Source: the human T2T-CHM13v2.0 reference genome, Homo sapiens. Taken from it: a stretch of DNA of 64,000 nt. Below, piece after piece: positions 55,140 through 64,000 of this stretch; the first letter of the stretch is position 1; the number at the start of each line of letters is the position of its first letter. The stretch lies in NCBI RefSeq assembly GCF_009914755.1, contig NC_060928.1. The stretch is one strand, 5' to 3'. The notes under the pieces are model-generated. The model searched no databases and was not told the DNA's origin. It saw only the letters and a list, made by a program, of their open reading frames with translations. The translations under genes and the position numbers were made by a program.

Positions 55140-57645
55140 TTTTCATAAATTGACCCTCTTCTCAATATCTAATGACTTCCTCTGTATCTTTTTTACAGTT
55201 TTTGATTTAAAGTCTATCTTGTCTGATATAGTCACTACTGTTCTCTTTTGGCTGCCATTTGCATGGAATATATTTTTCCATCCCTTCAGTTTTAGCTCAT
55301 GTATATTATTAAATCTAATGCAAGTTTCTTGTAATCAATAATATTGAATATTTTGTTTTTATTATTCAGCCGCTCCATTACTTTTGTTGGTGGAGTTGGA
55401 TCCATTCACATTTAAAGTAATTCTTTGTAGGTAAAAACTTATTATTGCCATTTTTTTATTTTTTTTTGTCTTTTTTGGCAGTTAACTTTCCCTTCTCTTT
55501 CTCTCTTACTGTCTTCTTTTTGATTTAATGATTTTTTGTAGTGATATACTTTAATTCTGTCATTTTTTTCTCTTCATACCAATAGAGTTTTTTTTCTTCT
55601 CTTAGCATGAGGCTTACATAAAACGTTTATAGCAGTCTATTTTAAACTGATAACAACTTAAAGTTAATCACTTACAAAAACCCTGCAATTTTGCTTCTCT
55701 CTCCCTTGACATTTTAAGTTATTGGTGGCAAAATTTACATATTTTATATTGAATATCATGAAATTATTTAGTTGTTGTTATTCTTAATATTTTTTAACTT
55801 TTACACTGAAATTAAACATGATCTGCATGTCACCATTACAGTATTACAGTATATTGCATTTATCTATATATTAAATAATTACCTTTACCAGTGAATTTTA
55901 TACTTTTGCATGCTTTCATATTGCTGTGTGGCATGCTTTCATTTAACTTGATGAACCTCTTGTTCCACTTTCTGTTCTTGCATAATCACTTCTTTTTCTT
56001 GCACCTAGTGATAATAAACTTCATCAATTTTTGTTTGCCTGAGAAATTATCACTTTTTCATTTCTGAACATGTTTGCTGAATATAGTGTACTTGTTTGGC
56101 AGCTTTTGTTTTGGTTTTAGTGTTTTGAATATATCATCTCCCTCTCCTCTGGCCTGCAAGTTTTCTGCGGAGAAATCTGCTCCTTAAATGTGACAAGTCA
56201 CTTTTCTCTTGCTGCTTTCAAAAATCCGTCTTTACTTTGAATGTAATGATTTGGTTATAATATGGGTCAGTATATATTTCTTCGGATTCTTTCTTTCTGA
56301 TTCCTTCTGGCTTCATAATTCTGAATGTCTATCTCCCCCCACAGATTTGAAACGTTTTCAGACATAATTTCTTTAAATAATTTCCCCCCACTTTCTCTCT
56401 TCTCCTTCCTTGAATTCCATAGTAAATATGTTGTTTCACTTGCGAGAGTTCCGTAAGTCTTTAAGCTTTCTTTGTTCTTTTTTATTTCTTACATTTTTTT
56501 TCGACTGAATATTTTCAAGTAAGTTTCGGGTTGGTTGGTTTGTTTTTTCTGCTTGATCAAGTCTGTTGCTGAAACCCTCTAGTGAATTTTTCAGTTTAGT
56601 TATATTGTTTGGCTCTTGAATTTATATTTTGTTCTTTTTAATTATGTCTCTTTGTTTATATTCTAAATTTTCATTTATTGTTTTTCTAATTTTATTTTAT
56701 TGTTTATCTGTTTCCCGTTGTAACTCACTGAGCTTCTTGAAGATGATATTTTGAATTATTTTTCAGAAATTTCATAGACTTTCCTTTTTTTAGGGTCAAT
56801 TACTAGAGATTAGTTTTGTTCCTTTGCTTGTGTCACTTTTTTTTCTAATTCTTCATTTGTTTATACATTTGTGTTGGTGTCTGAGTATTTAAAGAAACAA
56901 CCACCTTTCCCAGTCATTATAGACTGGCTTTGATGGGAAAACTCTTTACTGATCAGCCAAGCTAAAGACTCTGGGCCATTGTTCCTAGGTGTTCCAGGCA
57001 TCCAGTTTCTCTCCCTCTCTCTCTGTCTCTCTCTGAAGCTGGCAATCTCTTGTTTCCTCTGGTCTCTGACTATGGCAGTCTCAGCAGTAGTTAGTGTGAG
57101 GCAGTACAGAAACCAGTCCCTTCAATAAGTACAGTGAACAGTCAAAAACATTGGAGACACATCCTTCTCCTCTTGCACCCTCCTGAGGGAGAACCACAGT
57201 TTTGAATCTTTTTTCAATCTCACAGATATGATATCTTTAAAAAGCCACCTGACTCTTTTCCTTTGTTTCTACTCTGGAATGTTTGGTCTCTGTCAGTACT
57301 CAGTATGAGGTGAGACAGAAACTGGATCTTCGAGGAGTGCTCTGAAAGGCTAGAAGTCTGGATGCATGCTCCATTCTCTCTTTCTTCCAGCAGAGGAAGT
57401 CACATGCTGAAGCAATAAGCGTTTATCTGTGCCAGTTTGGATTGATGCAGGTAAAGTAAAATTGCCCTTCTTATCTGTTTCAATGCTGCTCTTCTTGGTT
57501 TTATGTTCATTCTGGGTTCTACTGGTTCTTAAGTGGACTCTGGACTCATCATAAAGGTATTTGGGGCTGTATATCATTTTCACACTGAGTTCTGTAGAAG
57601 AACAAGAGCTGGGCCTTCTTATTTCACCATCATGCTGACCTCTCT
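55140..57645 (-). mobile_element. L1M 5' portion: 5' UTR, ORF1 and ORF2 start
   Basis: T-rich antisense L1 motifs 'tttgatttaaagtctatcttgtctgatata', 'ccatttgcatggaatatatttttccatccc', 'tggcctgcaagttttctgcggagaaatctgct', 'ttttctcttgctgctttcaa'; 5' end near 'atttcaccatcatgctgacctc'. Confidence 0.82.
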
Positions 57646-57912
57646 TCCAAATAATCCTATTTTCTGAACCAGTTTTTATTTTGACACATTTTTTTAAAAG
57701 TTTGCATGTATTATATTTATTTATTTTCAAATAATTTATATTTGTTACTGCCTTTATGTTTCTATTTTAAATGAACTGATATTTTTCAATATTTTTTCTG
57801 CTTGGTAAAAAAATCTGTAAAATTTTGAAAAGACTTTATGTATTTGTTTTTAAAGAAAGATATTGCAACCATGATTAATTACACAGATGGATGGATAGAT
57901 GTGGAAAACTAA
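57505..57912 (-). repeat. Inverted dispersed duplication, copy B
   Basis: Reverse complement aligns to 25540-25942. Confidence 0.92.
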
Positions 57913-60616
57913 AAAAAGACATAGTAAAAGATAAATACTAAGTAGAGAAGATTAAAAATAAAAGAAATAATGGAATTTCAGTGATGCAAAAATGTGATAG
58001 GATTTAAATTTTCTTAACTGCACTCTTTTTTATAAATTACAGTTTGTAGCCACAATACCATTTTAGGTGTGTCTGACTCTTCATAAATTGTACCCTTAAA
58101 GTTTTAAGAAATAAGCATTCAGACTTAGAACTTTTTTATTCGTCTTAGTTGAACTTTTTCAGTTATAAATGATAGAAAATTCAACTCCAGCCTCTTTAAA
58201 AACAAACAATATTTATTGGTTCATATAACCAAAGATATCATAAAAATAATACTGGATTTAGGTCCAGTGATTGATATTATATCATCGAGACTTATGCTTG
58301 CTATCTCCATTTCCATTTCCCTCAATGATGGGTGGGACCTCAGGTAGATTCCCCCGGAAGACTCTGGTTGATGGCCAGCAGTTCTGTGATGATATCTTAT
58401 CTACTCAAATTCAAGACCAGGAGAAAGACAGTACCCAGCATAGTTTGACCATCCCTGAGTCAATAATTTATTTACCCATGTACTTATTCAAATTAACTTA
58501 TTAATATCTAGTCCTTCCTCCTCAGATACTCCTTATCCCCTTCCCTGTTTTATTTACTCCATATTGTACTTCTCACTATCATATATATAATTGTTATATT
58601 TAAATTTTGTATCTATGTAACATATATACAGATGTAAATACACATGCGTGCACACACACACACACGCTTATTTCTTTGTTTATTGCACATTTTACCTAAA
58701 CAGAACATAAACTCCATGAGGAAAGTATATTTGTCTGTTTTATTTACTTAGTAATATTTTTCCCCAAACCTAGAAGAGTACCTGGCACACAGTATCTCCT
58801 CAGTAAATGAATTCTTTTATTTATATATTCTGTACTGTGTTCTGGGTGTTAGAGTTGTAACAGTGAAGAATGTATAAAATATTCTGGCCTCATTGAGTAT
58901 ATAGTCTAGTGGCAGTAATATGAGATAGAGAGAGAGGGCAAGAGCATGTGTGAATGTACACATTATGTCAGGGGGATATAAGTCTTAACAGAAAATATGT
59001 TTTTGCTGTGTGTCGAGAGGCATAATTCATTGATTGGTATGGGTTCAGTCATGTAGTCTTCACCAAGGCTATGAAGACAGTCCCACGCAAAGTTCCTTTC
59101 CTGAAAAAGGAAAGTAAACTCCTTTTACTTTTCTGAGCTTTACAGGTCATCACACATTTTAGCCTAGTTCCAGGGCAGAACCTAAAGCAAATATTAAATG
59201 TGTTTTAGAGAATGAAATTTCAGAGAACAGAGGCAGGAAGAGGACACATAAAAGAGCCAACATGGTGATGACTCGCACATTTTTTGAAGTGTTTAATAAA
59301 CCATGTAAACAGCCGCTTCTCAGTACTTCCCTGCTAGGTTACAGAAGAAAAGAAATTTCTCCACAGGATCCCATCTATCTCTGAAACCAGATTCCATCCC
59401 TCCACTTCATCACTCCTTCTAAATACATAGCATTGCCCTGTCAACCTGCAATTCCAGACAAACATTCATGCCTGGAATGAATCTATCTATCAACAGGGAA
59501 TATCTGTTGTAGAACATGAGAGGATTATACCATGGGTGTGTACAAATGAAGTTTGCCAGTGACCACACAGAATTGGTTACAGCAGGCAATGGATCAAGTC
59601 ACCAGAACCGGGAGACAGATGAGAGAAACAGGATATAAAGTGATGCCTTAGAGGAAGAAATATCTTTACTCACATGAAGCTTACAGTATCCAGGTCTCAC
59701 ACATACCATAAGCATAAAAATAAATACATTTTATAATATACTAATTACTGCACTTATTGATTGAATAAAATGATTTTTTATTTGGCCATGATTTGGATTT
59801 ATGCTTCCAAAGAGCAAACTATTTAATGAATGTCACCTCTTTGAAAATTGCTTTCATTGTGAATTTTTTGTATAACCCTTACTGTCAGTAATTTTGATTA
59901 TGACTATTATCTCCCCAGTTTGCCTTTTCATGTTTGGACATTAGTCTTATTGCCCCAGGCTTAGCTAGGCTAAATACACAGGTCTCTCCTATTTGCACTT
60001 TTCTTCTTCTAACACTTCGCATCTGATAATTTTATTCAATTTTCCCCTGATGGTCACTGTCATCTGTCATTTGTAATCTTTGTGATGAAAACAAATTGAA
60101 CGAAATTTCTAGTTGGGTGATGGGAGAACAATTCCATTTTCGTCTGCAGTAATTATAAAAGAAAATCTATGATTCTTATGTATTTATATAATGACTATTA
60201 GCATGATTGTAGTTTAGAATGTACTAGTGTTATATTTGTACATCATTGATAATCATCATGCATTTAAAAAGTTGAAACATATCCCAGAGCTATACTAAAA
60301 TCTTCCAAAAGGGTGCAACATAATATCAAGGTATTTTTACTCATTTTCAAAATAAAACCTAGAGTCATATCCAAGATGAAATATCTTTCTACCAAATTCA
60401 CTATTCATGTAATAAAATGTACTTTAGAACGATTGTGCATATTTCTTTTTACACTATTAAGTTATTAAGATATAAATAATGATAAAAGTAAACTTTTATA
60501 TACAATTTTTCAAAATAGTTTGCATCTGCTTGATAGGTATAATAAAATTTATTAATAAACTAGATATAATGAATGATATGATATAATAAAATAAATATAA
60601 TAAAAGTTTTTATTAT

Positions 60617-61046
60617 AAAGACTTGGAACCAACCCAAATGGCCATCAATGATAGACTGGATAAAGAAAATGTGGCATATATACACCATGGAATACTATGC
60701 AGCTATAAAAAGGATGAGTTTGTGTCCTTTGCAGGAAATGGATTAAGCTGGAAACCATCATTCTCAGCAAACTAACACAAGAACAGAAAACCAAACACCA
60801 CATGTTCTCACTCATAAGTGGGAGCTGAACAATGAGAACACATGGACACGGGGAGGAACGTCACACACCGGGGCCTATCAAGGGATGAGGTGCTAGGGGA
60901 GGGATAGAATTAGGGGAAATACCTAATGTAGATGACGTGTTGATGGGTTCAGCAAACCACCATGGCACATGTACACCTATATAACAAACCTGCACGTTGT
61001 GCACATGTATCCCAGAACTTAGAGTATATATATTAAAAAAAAAAAA
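60617..61046 (+). mobile_element. L1PA7-like 5'-truncated 3' end
   Basis: 'aaagacttggaaccaacccaaatg..catcaatgatagactggataaag...tgctaggggaggga...cctaatgtagatgac..gttgatgggt.cagcaaaccaccatggcac', A-tail. Confidence 0.93.
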
Positions 61047-61168
61047 CCTATGTACAATTTTTTAGTAATGAATCCTTTCCTTACAACAAAACTTCATTTA
61101 GGGAAATATGTGTTAGGTATATGTAAAGTGGTTTCTCTGATATTTCTGAGAAGTGGTATAGAATCTGG

Positions 61169-61208
61169 TGTGTATGTGTGTGTGTGTGTGTGCATGCGTG
61201 CATGTGTG
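61169..61208. repeat. Imperfect (TG)n microsatellite
   Basis: Directly visible. Confidence 0.85.
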
Positions 61209-62184
61209 GGCACATGTACTTTTAGGCAGACTTCTGCTGAATCTTTTTCACTTTATAATTTGAGAAGATATATATTTGTTAAAAGTTTCTGGATATGCTG
61301 TGTCACAACTACAAATTTAGCTCTGTATTTCATACTTGCTTTATCTGCACTCATAATATTCAACAACACTAATTGTTCAAATGTCCTGTAACCTGCTCCA
61401 TGATGCATTGCCCTATTATCTCAGTCAACATTAATTCCTCCCCTTAGGTCTGAGAAAACTATATTTCTTTAGTATAGCCAACTGAACAGGTGTCTTTCTC
61501 CTCCATTAGACTACCAACTCCTTGAGGTCCGATATCTTACTGATTTTAGCATTGCGTCATATCAGACATGGCTTATTAGCTCCTCGATAAATGTTTATTG
61601 AACTGAAGTGAAAATTAACTCACAAAAAGTTTTTACTTTTAGCTTTGTTTATATCTATCAAGCCAGATGAAAAATATTATAGAAAAAGTTTTAATTTTCT
61701 AAACTTTTTGCGAGTTAATAAATATTTACTTTTTGTAACTAAAAAGATAAGGTTGTGTTTATTTCAGACTGGACCATTAGAATTACCATTAAATATTAGA
61801 CCTTTTTTAGTCTAATAGTGATGGAATGATCTTCTTGTAAAATATGTTAGGTTTGAACTTTTCATTTTCTTGAATGCTAACATTTTATTTTGTGCAGACT
61901 AAATACATTATTTAAGTGTTCTGATAAAAGTGATCTCTGTTATTATACCTGATCTTCAGAATTTGGCAATATTTTGTGTGATATCTTGCAACTTACCAAA
62001 GCCCAAATTTAGGTACAGTAAAAAATTACCCATTTTTAAACTTTATCTCTATATATTTTTCCCAGAGAACGAAGTGAAATATTATCTATAATTTAAGGGA
62101 AAAGAGATTACTAAAGGAAAGGACACTAAAGAAAAATTACTGAAAGGTTTGACAAAAATATATGGAAATAAAAGTATGTTGAAT

Positions 62185-62551
<367 letters not shown>

Positions 62552-63299
62552 TTACTTGTATATAATTCCGAGAATAAATACTCAGTGCTGTTTTCTTTAG
62601 GGTATAGAATCATCCTTCAAATTTCTAGTTTATTTCTTATGATTCTTTATGTTCGCTAACTTCAATTGTTTCTTTCTCTAAACACCTTGCCAGATTTTCA
62701 TAAATATCTTTTTAGTGACAGTTTAACCATGTGTAAACTTATGGATAGAAAGTTGCAGACAGTGGTTAAAAAACAGATGGCATCAACCCCAAAGCCAACT
62801 TCTTTATTGGCAGTTCACAAACATCTTCAGCAAGTTACCTGAATTTCTGTGTCTGATCTTGTCTGATCGTACTTCAGATACAATTCTAAATTACACATTC
62901 TGAATCTACACACAAACATAACAGTGATGATATAAATCTAAAAATTTCAAACAAAAATAACCTTCTGTGCCACAGCCTCCTATATCTTTAAATATTTCCC
63001 TCATAAGTATGGTTATGACTATAATTAGACTTAGTTATTCAATCACTTCACTTTTGTACTTTCTGTTACTCGCTCCTTTCTTTTATAACCTGTTTAGACC
63101 CCTTAATTTATCACTTCTGAAGCTCAATGTCTAACATGATTGAATCCCTTCTCTTGGTGACCTCATGTTTTACTGGTCTAGTACAGTCACAACCCTAGTA
63201 AAAATTAACTGCATCATTTGCATTAATACTCAGGAGTCCTAAAACTGCTAGAGAAAAATCTCAAATTATTTCCGCCTTGAATAATCCCTCAGTATGACC

Positions 63300-64000
63300 T
63301 GGGTATTTTTATAGATTTCCTACTCACTATTTTAAACCAAAACATGCAACTTGGCCATTACTGACTCAGTCTGAACCAATGACCTTCCCTTTTACTTCAA
63401 AGAGAAAATAGAAACTGAAAATAATCTTTCAAATTATTTTCACCTTCCCAAGAAACATAAAAAAATTATGCATTCATCTTTTTGTCCTCCACTTCTGTTT
63501 GGAGGAAAGATATAGTCTTGGTATTATGTAAAATAAATAATTTTACCAGCGCTCTGGATCCTTCTTTCTAGAAGCCCTTTGTACCTATTTGTGCTGTCTT
63601 CAGTCCCTCACTTCTGGTTACTTCATCCAATTATTTAAACATGTTTAAGCCTCTCTTCTTATAGAAGATAAAAATGAATTTATTACAAAATCTTACTCCT
63701 GACCTGTAACTCAGTCCACGTAACATGGTATACCTGGCTTGTTGGAATAGCTTAACTGTGTGAGAGGGTTGCCCACCACTTATTGTTTCTACTTTCTTAC
63801 ATTCCCTGTTACTCTTTAAACACAATTAACATCAACAGCACTCTATTAAAAGAGCTCTCATTAAGGACATTTATGGTCTCTATGTGGCAAACTACAAAGC
63901 CCAAAGCCCACCTCATCTTACGTTGTTTAACCTGCAGGAGCATCTGACTGTGAACTCACCTTGCTTTTATGAAATATTCTTATTGTTTGGTTCTGTGGTC
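63300..64000 (+). mobile_element. L2 LINE ORF2 remnant, highly degraded
   Basis: 'ctctcattaaggacatttatggtctctatgtggcaaa...cctcatcttacgttgtttaacctgcaggagcatctgac' resembles the L2 RT region. Confidence 0.55.

Overview
AT-rich, gene-poor primate (human-like) genomic DNA, intergenic or deep intronic. I find no credible intact protein-coding gene; the ORF track is explained by Alu, L1, LTR, microsatellite and pseudogene sequence or by chance. The window is dominated by interspersed repeats: about 15 Alus, L1 fragments of several ages, MaLR/ERVL LTR elements, MER58A, MER44, MADE1, MIR and L2. It also holds a full-length, disabled EEF1A1 processed pseudogene (about 37.19-39.29 kb) nested in an old L1MC. 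I see no evidence of a new gene system. The unexpected signals are structural. (1) A ~400-bp inverted duplication 32 kb apart (25.54-25.94 kb vs 57.50-57.91 kb) spans an L1 5' junction and fits a staggered-break inversion scar. (2) A three-LTR MSTA/THE1-like MaLR appears chimeric. (3) The EEF1A1 retrocopy appears to keep a long 3' UTR isoform. (4) A templated L1 patch plus a fold-back repeat sits at an MLT2A/HERVL deletion junction. (5) A 353-bp tandem duplication lies in L1 ORF2. (6) Two L1s retain both ends with the interior deleted. (7) There are several strong hairpins and palindromes. Repeat subfamily calls come from remembered consensus sequences, not from a RepeatMasker run, and boundaries of old elements are approximate.
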